Shown one piece after another: positions 16,780 to 30,500 of a stretch of DNA of 64,000 bases. The notes beneath the pieces were generated by a model. That model was not told the origin of the DNA and did not search any database. It saw nothing but the letters and a program-made list of their open reading frames with translations. The stretch comes from the human T2T-CHM13v2.0 reference genome, Homo sapiens. The translations under genes and the position numbers were made by a program. The DNA is taken from assembly GCF_009914755.1 (NCBI RefSeq), contig NC_060943.1, one strand, 5' to 3'. Each line of letters opens with the position of its first letter. Position 1 is the first letter of the stretch.

Positions 16780-17322
16780 CTGGCACGAGAGGGAGATTCT
16801 TAGGCATCACCCCAAGGCCTAACAGGAAGCACAACCATTCTTAAGACCGCAGCCCTCTTTAAAAACCCTAACGACGCCCAATCCCAACTGCTGACTTAAG
16901 AATTTAACGCACACACACATGCCAACACACAGAAGGCTGAAAATCTGGACAGCAAAAACTGAGTTTCCTTACTCAAGGAATAATCATGCCCATGTCAGTT
17001 ATGAACTGAAATGTCTTTTGATGATCAGATCTCATCCAAGACGGCAGTCTCTAAAATCCTTGAAACAGTCTTCAATGAGCAGAATTATTCCTTTCTTGTA
17101 ATGTGCTTTTCACCATCCCATAGATGACAACCACAAGAGAAACATAAAATGCAGGTGCTTGCGAACTTCTAAAACTAGTCTCTCAAGAAACCATTAGGTG
17201 GTTGATTCCGGTAACCCATAACAAAACAAATTACTGAATCCAAAGTGTGTATATCTCCAGGCCCCTCCTCCCAAAATAAGGGAACCATACCTGGCTCCCT
17301 ACCACGTTAAATTAAATCATAC

Positions 17323-17372
17323 CTTTTTCATCTTTAATGATTGGCTTTATATCTTTTTCTTCCTTAAAAGAG
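17323..17372 (-). CDS. SAFB2: SAFB2 exon 8
   Basis: tag|C TCT TTT.. SFKEEKDIKPIIKDEK G|gtatga; 50 nt. Confidence 0.9.
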
Positions 17373-17590
17373 CTAGAGACAAAAGTTAATGTTACTCATA
17401 CAGGAAAAAAACGAAAGAGAACAAAACTAAAAATATGATTATGTGCTAAAACTGAATACCTACCAGAAAATTAGTCTGAAATAAAATTTTAACAGACACC
17501 TCTGCAAGCTTATATTGGAAAATCTGACCCCAAAAATACAATGTCAGATTTGTAAAAGTCAATTCGATTTAGCTGAAGATAACAATTAAC

Positions 17591-18531
17591 AATTTAAGAA
17601 CACAACCATGGTAGGTTGAGAAAAAGAAAAGGAATTGAATCACCCATTAAAAACACACAAAGAGAAACGAAACATTCTTTAGAAGCAAAACTACAATTTC
17701 GTCAGTCTGGCTGGCCAATTGCAGAAAAAAACAGCTTATGTGTGTCATTACATGACCAATGAAAAGGAGATAGCGTCTGGTCTAAAACTGAGAAAAAACA
17801 AACCTCATTTTCTGATCAGCGCCCTCACTGGTTGAGGACTCTTTAGGAGCCGGAGGGACTTCATTACAAGCGTCAAAATCAAACTTCCTCCCGTCTTCTT
17901 TGCTATCTCTGGCTTCTGGGCTTGGGGCTTCCGTGGGTGCTTCTGCGAGCTCCTCGCTAGAGGCCTCCGCGAGCTCGGAGGCCGCACTACTCTGCTCAAC
18001 TGCCGGCTCTAGCCCTACAGGCTCACAGTCCGTCCTCTCGCCATCGCCTGGCTGCTCCGCGGGCTCCCTTTTCACTACCGCTAACAGGCTGTCTGCCTTG
18101 CTCGACTGAGCGTGTGCTGTTGACTCGCTGGCCAAATCTAAATCACCCTCTTCCGGATGGGCGCTGTCAAATAGGTCCTCTTCCTCCGCAAGCTTTCTGT
18201 CTGGCCCCACGCTACTTGTGTCCTGTGCAAATGGCTGCTCCAGCTCGGAACTTTCTTCTTTTACTGGCTCAGATTTACAAGTTTCCCCCAAAATGTCGAG
18301 TATTTTCTCATTTTCTACGGATTTAACAGGAATAGAATGGCACAAGGTTTAATTACCAGGGAAATAAAGCAATCACAAATGTGGAACTGGCACGGCTGCC
18401 ACACTAACACGAAGAGAACTGCTAGCTACACAGAGATTGGAAAACCCGCGGGTACACAAAGTTATACTGGTTACACTACCTGCGCCGCGACCGCCTCTAG
18501 GTAAGCCTCTACGCTACACGGAAGAGAAAAG
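17591..18531 (-). repeat. 941-bp inverted repeat, copy A (SAFB2 intron 6/exon 7/intron 7)
   Basis: Reverse complement of 55456-56396; matched positions always sum to 73987 (no indels); no mismatch seen by eye; first mismatches at 17590/56397 and 18532/55455. Confidence 0.93.
17804..18314 (-). CDS. SAFB2: SAFB2 exon 7 (511 nt, acidic region; identical to SAFB exon 7)
   Basis: tag|AA AAT GAG ([17 protein letters not shown]...GADQKM S) AG|gtttgt; within ORF 17782-18345. Confidence 0.95.
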
Positions 18532-19223
18532 GCCCCCACAGATTTAAACACCTACAACCACGCGGCTGGTTCTCAATAGTCTTCTTCGAGTTTTTGTTCA
18601 AGTCTGGGTCTTCTGACTGATTTTCCAATGTCCAAGGTGCTGAACCGAATGCAATCACCATTCAATGACAGCTCAACTTCCAAATTTCTTTGAATTTCTT
18701 TTAACAGAACAATCCAATATGAAAATCAGAATCTCTTCTGACGGTGGGAGATAAACGCAGTCCGGAAGGGGAATAATATGTTGAAAATTTTCACGGAGAA
18801 ACTCTGTTTCCTCTTCTGGAATCCAGTCACTTCTCAGGTGGTAAGTGCCCTGACAACAGCTTTATCCTGCCTTAACTGCGTTAATCAAAATGACTGCAGC
18901 AAAATATCACAAGATCTGTTTCATGTGTAGAAACACATGGAGGAATCACGGGGACGGGGGAATTAAATGCCACTCTACGTGGTTAGACATGAAAAGAATC
19001 ACTACTACATTGCACCAAATGTATTTGACCTCAAGAAGCCAGAATGGCTCTTCCACAGATCTGGTGATACGAATGGGTTTCCAATCTCTGATCCTTGTAT
19101 GATCTGGATTGTCCACCATTAGAGCAATTTACAAGATCATAACACAGCTTAAAATATAGACAGCTTTAAAATAATAGTGTGAAAACTTTCAAACCATAAC
19201 TGTCGTGTTTCTCTTATCAGTAC

Positions 19224-19251
19224 CTGGCTCCAAAAGGGATTCTTCAATGTC
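19224..19251 (-). CDS. SAFB2: SAFB2 exon 6 (28-nt microexon)
   Basis: tag|DIEESLLEP G|gtactg; same length and donor as SAFB 54700-54727. Confidence 0.88.
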
Positions 19252-20148
19252 CTATTTAAAAAAGAAAAAGCAAATCCACAAGTCACTTTAAACACGGGGC
19301 ACATACATTTCACCAGTAAATATGGCTTTCAATCATCTGTGAATAAATGCCTGTTTCCACAAAACTTTCTTGTCTCCAAAAAATGTATTCCATCCTACAA
19401 TAACCTGATGAAAACCAGCTCATTTTAACAGTTTCCCTGGTAACAGCAGGTCCCTAGTGATAACAGTCTGTCCCATTCTCCCGAGTTTGGGCCCTGCCCT
19501 GCCATGCCACCCACCCCATGACCAAGCTGACCTAGTGGCTGCTGCAGCTGGCAAACACCCCCTTTGTCAGAGAAGAGGTCACAGTGGATTTAAGAAAAAA
19601 ATACTTCTCCCAACATAAACTGATTTGTAACTGAAACCTGTCATAACAAAATGATCTCTCTACTCTGCTGAAAACCTTTTCCGACATCTGTCTCACTTAG
19701 GACAATAGGTCCAATCCTTCTGGTGGCCCAGACTCAGCGAGGCGGGCCCAGCTGCTCTGCAACACCTCTGGCTTCTATCCAACCCTGTGTGCTCCCCTCT
19801 CTCTTTTGCATCAGAGACACCACCCAAACTTTCTGCTCCAAATTCTTCTTTCCCTCTTCAACCTATCCGTCAGACCTCTGGGAAGAGTTCCAGGCACTTA
19901 TGAAGTCCAACCACCAGAACTGCTCCCTCATCACACTTCTTTCTCCCTTCTGGTTACATATTTGGTTTGATCCCACTGCCCCTGCTAGATGGCCAGCCCT
20001 GAGACTGTTTCTCTTCTGCTAACCTCTTAACCCCAGCATCCAGCACAGTATCCAGTCATTTCCATACACATACACACTGCTCTTTCATTATGGAAAATCA
20101 ACCACTCGATTAACATTTCCAGCGATGCAGAACCAGATGGTAACTTAC

Positions 20149-20211
20149 CGGAGTTACTTTGAAGTTCAACGATGAAGTTTCCAAAGTGTTCTTAAATCCT
20201 TCCCCATCCAC
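20149..20211 (-). CDS. SAFB2: SAFB2 exon 5
   Basis: cag|VDGEGFKNTLETSSLNFKVTP|gtaagt; 63 nt like SAFB exon 5. Confidence 0.9.
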
Positions 20212-20624
20212 CTGAAAAACAAAATGGAAGATGACTTCGTGGAGGCTGGAGCTATGAAAACCAAGGCTGACACCTCGCTTAGGCAACTTGTGTGTCTATT
20301 TCCCTCACGGCACCTTTTGCCATCTGCAAGTCTACTGTTGGGTCATTCAGTTCAGCACCTGCCTCTCCGCCAGAACACACACTCCACGACTCTGCTCCAC
20401 CAGCGTCTCTGGCAGTGGCCTGCAGGTGGGTATGCCCTGTCTGTACTGGGTGAATGAACGAATGAATTTCCCAGGCAGTTTCTAAGTACTGGTGATTACC
20501 ACATACCCCTCCAATCACAGGATTTCCAAAGCAGAACTCAAAATGATAAAATGCACCCCTCCAATTTCACCTGGTAGCAATACTCTTAAGGTAACACTAA
20601 CCGGGCACTTTCTCCTAGCCTACT

Positions 20625-20940
<316 letters not shown>

Positions 20941-21612
20941 TAGCCTACTTTATTAAAAACAAACATCTAACTTGGTCAATTTCTCTCTTTACTACATGCC
21001 AAACAAAAGAAAAACTGTTAACACCAAGTTTTACTAAATCTGAAGCTCTTTTTAAGTGAACTACAAAAACAGCACTCCCAAATATTTTCTTTTTTCCTTT
21101 TCTCGATTTGAACTCATGACCTGGGATGCCTCCATTAACTGAGAAGTACACACTCTGAAAACAATAAGCACACAGCAGTACCAGACTGAGAAAGGCGGCT
21201 AACCAGTTGCTCAGTGCTGCCCTAGGTCAAAGGATGGTAAATTTGGAGGCAATGACTTTTGACCGTAAGGTTTAAGGTTCAGTCCTATGGAGGCATTTCC
21301 ACCCCCAAGCTGAAAGCTGCAATGCCTTAAGGAAACAAAACAACCTACTGGGCACGTGACATCAGTCAGAGTACAATGAAGATCAGCTCGAAGACACTGA
21401 CAGCTTGTGATATTTGAACAGCCTCACCAGAGAGCTCTACGCCAAAACACTAGAAGTGAAAAGCTGGGAAAGCCCTAACAGAGCAAAGTTCCTCCTTTAC
21501 ATACAAGGATGCTCACAGTCAGTCCTTTTGGGGAGCAGGGTTGATACTTGTCTTCACTGTACTTTACATCTTTTAATGTAACTGCTTAACCTTGCTTAAA
21601 ACAACATTAACA

Positions 21613-22552
21613 GGCTAGGCGTGGTGACTCACCACTATAATCCCAGCACTTTGGGAGGCCGAGGCAGGCAGATCACTTGAGGTCAGGAGTTCGAGACCAG
21701 CTCAGCCAACATGATGAAACCCTATCTCTACCAAAAATATAAAAAATTAGTCAAGTGGCTGGGCGCAGTGGCTCAAGCCTGTAATCCCAGCACTTTGGGA
21801 GGCCAAGGCGGGCAGATCACGACGTCAGGAGATGGAGACCATCATGGCCAACATGGTGAAACCCCATCTCTACTAAAAATATAAAAAAATCAGCTGGGCG
21901 TGGTGGCGCATGCCTCTGGTCCCAGCTCCTCAGGAGGCTGAGGCAGGAGAATTGCTTGAATCAGGGAGGCGGAGGTTGCAGTGAGCCATAATCTTGCCAC
22001 TGCACTCCAGCCTGGGTGACTGAGAGAGACTCTGTCTCAAAAACAAACAAACAAACAAAACACAACATTAGGAGGAATATCTACATGATGAGATTAGAAA
22101 CCATTTTTGAGCTGGGCACAGTGGACCACACCTATAATCCCAGCACTCTGGGAGGCTGAGGCGGGAGGATTGCTTGAGCTCAGGGGTTCAAGATCAACCT
22201 GGGTAACCTAGTGAGATCCCGCCTCTAAAAAAAAAAAAATTTTTTTTTAATTAGCTGGGCGTGGTGGTTCACTGTGTAGTCTCAGTTATGCAGGGGGATT
22301 GCTTGAACCTGGGAGGCTGAGGCTGCAGTGAATTATGATGACACCACTGCACTCCAGCCTGCACAACAGAGCAAGACCCTGTCTCTAAATAAATAAACCA
22401 TCTTTGTTTCTTAAAACTGTATTTTAAAAGGAAAAAACTAAATGGGCACTGTGGCCTGTGCCAATAAGCCCAGGTAGTCAGGAGGATCGCTGGAGCCCAA
22501 GAGTTCAAGACCGGCCTGGGTAACAGTTGAGACCTCATCTCAGAAAAGAAAA
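21613..22552 (+). mobile_element. Cluster of sense Alus (left monomer fused to a full Alu, AluJ, monomer)
   Basis: Repeated Alu heads at ~21613, 21757, 22110 and ~22440. Confidence 0.85.
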
Positions 22553-22815
22553 ATCTTTTATGTCAGAGCTTTCTATTTTATGACTCACCACATGCTTCGA
22601 ATTATAAAAACACTCCCCAGTGCTACAGAAAAGCTATCTATGAGTAAATCCCTGAGCTACACAGCGTTTAAATGGACATGGTTTAACACCAGGGTGTAGA
22701 AGCAGAACTGTGTGTTCATGGCGGTTTAGCTGTGTTCTCCCTCACACGAGCAGCACGCGAGCACCAGGTGCCTCGGGGCTATGGGCACATCCTGCCGTGT
22801 CTCCAAGTTACCTAC

Positions 22816-23019
22816 AGCATGCTCTGGGGGCTGAGCCGGGAGCTGTCTCAGCTGTGCAGCCACGTATTCTTTACTATCACAAAAGGAATCGAGAAGGCCG
22901 TCCGTGCCATCCTCCCCAAAATCTGGAGCACTGCTATTCGCCACTTCAGTTTCGTCTAGCACACTCATGTCCATCATGCCCATATTCTGCAGGTTCTCCA
23001 GACTTGCTTCCATGTCCTC
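22816..23019 (-). CDS. SAFB2: SAFB2 exon 4
   Basis: cag|EDMEASLENLQNMGMMDMSVLDE...PPEHA|gtaggt; phase 0/0. Confidence 0.92.
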
Positions 23020-23105
23020 CTGTAAAGAGGAAGAAGAATCGTTAACGACCACCTGGACCAGGACAGGGAGCTGCTGCTTGTCATCTCTACCCTGACATCA
23101 CTTAC

Positions 23106-23170
23106 CTGCCCGTCTCTGGAATCGTCTTCCAGGCCATTATCTTCTGTGCCTTCCTCCTCCATCTTCAGTC
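23106..23170 (-). CDS. SAFB2: SAFB2 exon 3
   Basis: ttag|GA CTG AAG ATG... LKMEEEGTEDNGLEDDSRDGQ|gtaagt; 65 nt like SAFB exon 3. Confidence 0.93.
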
Positions 23171-23282
23171 CTAATTACAGAATAATTGTTCAATCAGATA
23201 ACACTCAAGTTCTACCTCATAATTAGTTTATGCAGAATAGATTTCAATCTTAGAACAGAACACATTACAAGATAAACTATAA

Positions 23283-23631
<349 letters not shown>

Positions 23632-24270
23632 TCAATTGGTGTTCTAAGTAAGCCATCAACAGGGAGATGAAAATCTAGGATTCCTCTTAGATTCAGAGTA
23701 CTCTGATTTTCCACAAAATATCTAAAAGTTTCCAAATATTTCAAAAACACTCCAAACCTAAGAAAAAAAATCACAAAAAAATGAGCAAAGGATAAAAACA
23801 GGCATTTTCAACAAACCAACAAAAAAATGCAATACCCATCTAGTAACCAAAGAACTGCAACATAAAATAACATATTGAGTTAGTGATTTGCTGGCTCTCC
23901 CTATATTCCACCCATTTCAAGTAGGTCTTTGTCATTTTTTAGCTCAAGAACTTTTTTTTTTCCCCCAAGGCAAAAAGGCAAAGGCTGCCATAAAGTCGAG
24001 AATCATCCTGGGTTTTGTGACCACAAAATAACTATTTGATAGAATTCTGCTAGGAATTGCAAAAGGAGGCCAGAGGAGTTCAAGAGTGGAAACCTTGAGA
24101 AGAAACTTGAGGCTCTATATGTATCAAAAACCTTACAAATGTGCATACCCTTTGTTCCAGGAATTTGAGTCTTAGGATATCTGACAAGGAGTTCAAAACA
24201 TAGATATCTGTCCTATTATACCTGTTAAACACCCAAAAGGGAAACAAATTACAGCATATTTTCATTCAGA

Positions 24271-24459
24271 TATGGTTCACAACCGGGGGGAATGGCTGGC
24301 AATGTCTGGAGACATTGTTAGTGGTCATGACCTGGGGGAACGCCATTAGCATCAGTAGCTAGTGATGCTGGTCACGACCCTGCAATGCACAGGATACTCC
24401 CCAACCCCAGAGAATTCTTCGGCCCAAATTGTCAACAGTGCCAATGCTGAGAAACCCTG
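24271..24459. mobile_element. MER20-like hAT DNA transposon
   Basis: tggcaatgtctggagacatt...tgcaatgcacagga...ggcccaaattgtcaacagtgcc...tgagaaaccctg matches the MER20 pattern. Confidence 0.8.
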
Positions 24460-24544
24460 TGGGACACCATCCAATGTCTCACAATATTTAAAGAATGTAT
24501 GCTTTTAAAGAATATTTAATGAAACAGAAAAAATGCCCACAGTG

Positions 24545-25093
<549 letters not shown>

Positions 25094-26223
25094 TCAAGAG
25101 TCTCACTCACCACTGTTATCAATAATCACTCAAGAAATGCAGTTTAATTGCATGTCTCGCAACGTGAGCTTTTTCCAGGCTATCATTTAAGACGCCTAAC
25201 AACGCTAGCAGGTTTTATTATCTGCATTTGACACGAGAATTTGGTTGAGCTCCAAAGCTGGCACTCTAAAACTCAGCTGTCCCACTTCGCATTATATCTA
25301 AACACAGCATATCCTTTTGAAATACGTTGTCTAAAAATGTTTGGTAATTGCACCCAATTTCTAGGCCCCTAAATAGTAGCCTGCAGTGCCCACATAGGCC
25401 GGAAATAGGAGAAATGCTGACCAAAAAGCATCACAGAAAAGCTAATGTGGCGCAGACAGGCGACGCCCCAATCCCCGGCACCTGGCATTGGCCAACGAAA
25501 AGCTGCCGCTGCTGGGGACACAGATGTAAGAAAATCCAACTTTAATCCCACATGGCATCTAAAACTTAAATTTTTAATCCAAGTTTTATTTTTTCCAAAC
25601 CCACCTACAATGTTGCCTAGGACTCCTAATCTTGGTGAAGACCCTTACTCTGATTTATAATGAGGACACTTTTCCCTCAACAAGTTTGGCTACTTCAGTT
25701 TTTGCAAGGAAGCAGTTACTGGTGAGTTCCCAGAATGAGTCCAACTTTGGACTCAACTGAACACTGCTGCATAGTGCTTGAAACGAAAATTAACTGGTGA
25801 ATTCCTCCTGATCTAACAGTTGTATGTAATCACAGGCCCTAACTGCAACCACAAAGTCCTAAGGCTCTTGTGCTTTATCCATTAGCCACGTGCCCCGACA
25901 CCTCTAGAGAACATCACCAGCTCAGGATGGAAGATGAGGCCTGCAGGGCCTGAGCACCACCTGAAGACCTGGGCTCTCTCTGGGCTTGGTTACTTCGCTG
26001 AAAAAGGAATGGGAAGGGATCAGAAGCCCTTCTAACCCTCACTAGAGCTGAGGCTACAAAAGTCCTTTTTATAGCAACAGAAGAACTTTATCATCCAAGC
26101 TTTCCTGACAAAACACTAACTCCAAGTAGTTTTGAATCCACCTAAGCTTTAATCTAGACATTCAGGCAGGTCTTCAAAGCACTCAGCTAAAGTTTAGTTT
26201 TTCTAATGATGCAAAGATCATTA

Positions 26224-26560
<337 letters not shown>

Positions 26561-27169
26561 CTAAAAGCCAAGGATATTTTGAGTAGTAAGTCTTGAACTT
26601 TACAGTTTTAAAATGAGCACCTACATAAAAAACTTTTAAACTTTATTGTTAAGCAGTTTTCCCAACCACTAAAAAAAGAAAATTCACATCATGCATAAGT
26701 TAACACCTAAACAGAAGAGATAAACTATATTTCCTGCGTAGACCAGTCTCTCACATTCTGAATGTGCTCAGGCTGGGCCTTCTAGGTGAAATACGGACAC
26801 TCACAAGAACAGCAAAAACGCATCCATGTGTCAAAATTAAACTTTAACTTAAAGCTCTTATGCAACCTAACTAAAAGATTTAATCTTTCAAACTACATGC
26901 ACATGTTTTAAACAGTTAATGTGTTATGAAACACATTAAGAAGAAAAAGCTATTAAAAAAATGAAATTGTTAAAAATGCTACAATTTCTTTCTACTTTCT
27001 AAGCACTGATCCTCCACTGCCTGAATTTAGCACTTTTCCAAGAAAACAGGCCCCCTGCACAGGAAACCTAAATTATATTATCCTTATCACCATAAAACCT
27101 AACAATACCAACTGGGATAGTCAAAGCTTCAAAGTTTTATGGAATTCAATGCTTTCAAAAATAACTGGT

Positions 27170-27530
27170 ATCAGCCATAAACAGGAATGAAGTATCAATA
27201 CATGTTACAACACAGATGAACTTTAAGCATTATGCTACGTGAAAGCTGATGCAAATGGCCATATGTTGTACAATTCCATCTACATGAAATGTCCACAATA
27301 GGCAAATCTATGCGGACAGAACATGGATTAGTAGTTGCCAGGGGCTGGAGGGAGAAAAGTAAGGCGACTAACTTCTAATGAGGACCGGGTTTCCTTTTTG
27401 GGTGATGAAAATCCAGAAGGAGACGGTGGTGGTGGTGGCAGAGCCTTGTGTATACACTAGGAAGCACTGAATTGTACACCTTAACCTGATGAATTTAACG
27501 GTCTGTGAATTAAACCTTCACATTCAAAAA
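27170..27530 (+). mobile_element. L1M (L1MB-like) 3' end fragment
   Basis: cagccataaacaggaatgaagta...aaatgtccacaataggcaaatctat...gattagtagttgccaggggctgg is typical of old L1 3' ends. Confidence 0.75.
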
Positions 27531-27990
27531 CCGTAATAGTAAAAAATAGGCTGAGTGCAAATACCCCAACAATCTACTTTGGACCCTAGCAAAGCTGAGT
27601 TCTATTCGGTCTCAGGTTGGTGTCCTTTTCTTTGGGTTAAGACCTATTTTTTGAACCAGGAAGGAAGCCAAGTAGGTACATTTGGTTCCTCAGACCCGTA
27701 GAAGTAGCTTTAAGAGCTTGTCTTTCTCTAGTTGACTTTTAATCCCAATGGCAGAAGCTGAAACGTTTTTCGTATATTTTAATTGCACTTGGCACCTGTA
27801 CATCTCTTTCCTCCTCCCTGTGCCCTTGACAGAGCTACCTGTTAGGTGGTGACGAGCAAAGCTAACTCTTAGTGGAGGGACACCGAGTACCAGAGAAATT
27901 CTCCCAGCCTAGAAGGCGGGAAGAGCACACTACACACCATTTCTCTAAATTCTCTGAACACTCAAGCCCCAAGCAGCATATGTACAATAC

Positions 27991-28078
27991 CTTTAACACA
28001 TCTCTTGGCTGACTTCTTGCTGGTGGCTTCTAACTCGATGCCAATTTCATCAGGATCTTGCCCCTCTTCTTTAACCGC
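27991..28078 (-). CDS. SAFB2: SAFB2 exon 2
   Basis: tag|GCG GTT AAA... AVKEEGQDPDEIGIELEATSKKSAKRCVK G|gtattg; paralogous to 33088-33172. Confidence 0.93.
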
Positions 28079-28844
28079 CTATTAGGGAGAGATGAGTTTT
28101 ACAACATCATTAAGAGCTGCAGGGCACACACTGTTCCTTACAAGTAACAACCTCCCATGAAACAAAGGCAAACCCGTCCTTGCAAAGAGCAACTCCGGGT
28201 CAGCTATCTGGGCCGCAAGCCCAAAAGGCGGAGGAGGAACCCCGCACAACTTGGGTCTCTCTGGGTCCAAATGACAAAGGAGAGGGAGGCTGTGAGCAGG
28301 AGCTCCAGAATTGGGGTCAAGGACCAGTTCCAAAATGGCAACTCAACTCGACAATGCCAAACCTTCGACTTTAAAGTTATATGATGGGACAAATTAGAAC
28401 AGAGAGGCTGCACTTGGCCCGGCCTCGGTGAAGGGCTGGCCACCGCTGGTGAGGAGGAACAGCAGCCAGCCTGGGGAGATTCAACAGGTCCCTCAGTGCC
28501 TGCCACCTGCCGGGTCCAGGACTGGGTACCCACAAGCTCCCTCCCTATGCTCAAGTTGTTTGTTCCAGTTGCGGAAACAGACAATTCCCAACCCCTTAAT
28601 ATTTTGCATTTAGCCCCTGCTTTCAGCGAGGTGCGACACAAACGCAGGATGAGCTGGCAAGGAGGTGGGGCAGCGCATTAGGAAGGGCGCTCAGGAAGGT
28701 GATGTCTCAGGCAGACCCAAAATGACAACAAGGGGCCGGCCACGAGAAGATCTGGGGGACCCGGGTGGACAGCTTCGTAAAGGCCAAAGCCCTGGGGCAA
28801 GAACAAGCACCGCCCCCTTTCCTGTAAATGCTCTGGAGTCCGCC

Positions 28845-28920
28845 AGACACCCATTCTCCGGAGGAGGAAACTGAGGCACAGAGAGAAAGGCACCTGCCCA
28901 AGGTCACAGAGCCAAGGCTC
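28845..28920 (+). mobile_element. MIR core fragment
   Basis: gaggaaactgaggcacagagag...cctgcccaaggtcacagagcca. Confidence 0.75.
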
Positions 28921-29211
28921 GATCGGGAGCCCCAGGAGGGGTCCCGGGGCCACCCTGGTAGCGGAGAAGACCGCACGCTGAGCGCGCTTGAGGAGAAAAG
29001 GTGGAAAGAGGATAGGAAGGGAGGCACAGAGAGGAGCGGTGACGGGCCAAGGTCACACAGCCGGCCCCCTGGGTGCCCGACACCTCGAACCGGGGTCGGC
29101 CAAGACGCGGGGCGAACCCAGGGCGCCCCGGGTCCGGGAGCCGCGGTGACAGGTGCAGGCGGGGGCGTGCCCGGGCCTCCTGCGCCACCCCCGAGCCCCG
29201 CGCCGCCTCAC

Positions 29212-29397
29212 CTTCTTGAGCCGCTCCATCAGGACGCTCTTGTTGCCGCCCGTGTCCAGGTTCCGCTTCTTCAGCTCCGCCCGCAGATCGATCACCCGCA
29301 GCTCGCTGAGCCGCCTCGTCCCAGTCTCCGCAACGCCCGGGCCGAGAGAAGCCGTGCCAGGGCCCGAGTCGCCCGACCCGGGCAGAGTCTCCGCCAT
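29212..29397 (-). CDS. SAFB2: SAFB2 coding exon 1 (start; N-terminal part of SAP domain)
   Basis: [14 protein letters not shown]...[33 protein letters not shown] (SAP motif); donor AAG|gtgag; 186 nt. Confidence 0.97.
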
Positions 29398-29888
29398 CGT
29401 CGCGTTCCCGTCTTCGCCACCGACTCAGTCGCACACCGCCGGCAGCTATAGCGGCTCTGAACACAAAATGGCGCCGCCTAAGAGGAAAACGCACTCGTTT
29501 CCTCCCGCCCCGCTTTGCGGCCGCGCACGCGCACGCGCACCGCCCCCACTAGCGTACTTAGCAGCAAGGACGCTCGCCGCGTCCACCAACCGCGGGTTCC
29601 CCGGCACAACGCGCAAGCGCTGAATCTGCAGCTCGCATGCGTCCCGGCAGTTCCCGGCGGGAGGCTGACGAGACGCAACGCGTCTGCGCACATCCCCGCG
29701 TTGTTCTCACTGCGCATGTGCAGTTGCAACCGGGATACTAGAACCTACGCTTGGTGCGCCTGCGCAGAAGCGAGGCGCGCTGGGGCGACTGGAGCGGTTC
29801 CCTCGCAGGCGGCGCCATTTTGTGCTAGGAGCCTGATAAAACCGGCCCGGTTCTGTGGAAAGTGGGCGGCGGAGCCAGGGTCCCTGGA
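29398..29888. promoter_or_regulatory. Bidirectional promoter plus 5' UTRs shared by SAFB2 and SAFB (491 bp between start codons)
   Basis: Divergent ATGs; GC/CpG-rich; NRF1-like motifs (CGCATGCG 29634-29641, TGCGCATGTGCA 29711-29722, TGCGCCTGCGCA 29755-29766); YY1-like CGCCATTTT on each transcript strand. Confidence 0.92.
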
Positions 29889-30077
29889 ATGGCGGAGACT
29901 CTGTCAGGCCTAGGTGATTCTGGAGCGGCGGGCGCGGCGGCTCTGAGCTCCGCCTCGTCAGAGACCGGGACGCGGCGCCTCAGCGACCTGCGAGTGATCG
30001 ATCTGCGGGCGGAGCTGAGGAAACGGAATGTGGACTCGAGCGGCAACAAGAGCGTTTTGATGGAGCGGCTGAAGAAG
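29889..30077 (+). CDS. SAFB: SAFB (SAFB1/HET) coding exon 1 (SAP domain)
   Basis: [15 protein letters not shown]...[33 protein letters not shown]|gtggat; 189 nt. Confidence 0.97.
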
Positions 30078-30429
30078 GTGGATTTGGGGCCCCGAGGGCG
30101 GGCACAGGGTGGGTCTGGGGTCCTCTTGGCCGCGACGGTGGCTCGCGGGCCCTGGCGTCCGCCCCCGGCCGCGTTCGCGGCCTCGCCGGACCTGGCGCTC
30201 TCGCGTCCCCCGGCTCCTCCGAGGCCCCGGAGAGAGTTCCTTGGCCGGCTGGGCCTGGGTTCAAATCCTAACGCCGCAATGGGGCCAGGAGAACCACAAA
30301 AACGGCACGCGTGCAGGAGAAACGGTGACGGGTGACATCGTCCACTGAGAGGAGGGTTCTCCCCTCGTCTCGTCCCCTCCTCCGTACCTGGAGGGGAGAC
30401 CCTGAAACCCTCACTTCCCAGGCGAGGGG

Positions 30430-30500
30430 AAGGGACTCGGCCAAGGTCACACGGCCGAGGACGGGCAGCGTCGGGATTTGAACCCAGGCCCTGGGATTCC
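30430..30500 (+). mobile_element. MIR fragment inside the CpG island
   Basis: ccaaggtcacacggc...gggatttgaacccagg. Confidence 0.6.

Larger units (their letters stand above)
28900..30500. promoter_or_regulatory. CpG island spanning both first exons (approximate limits)
   Basis: Dense CpG and very high GC compared with the rest of the window. Confidence 0.88.

Noticed and set aside
17782-18345. Standalone 187-aa protein, present twice in the ORF track
   Set aside because: It is internal exon 7 plus intron read-through from a TTG; the duplication reflects the inverted identical tract.
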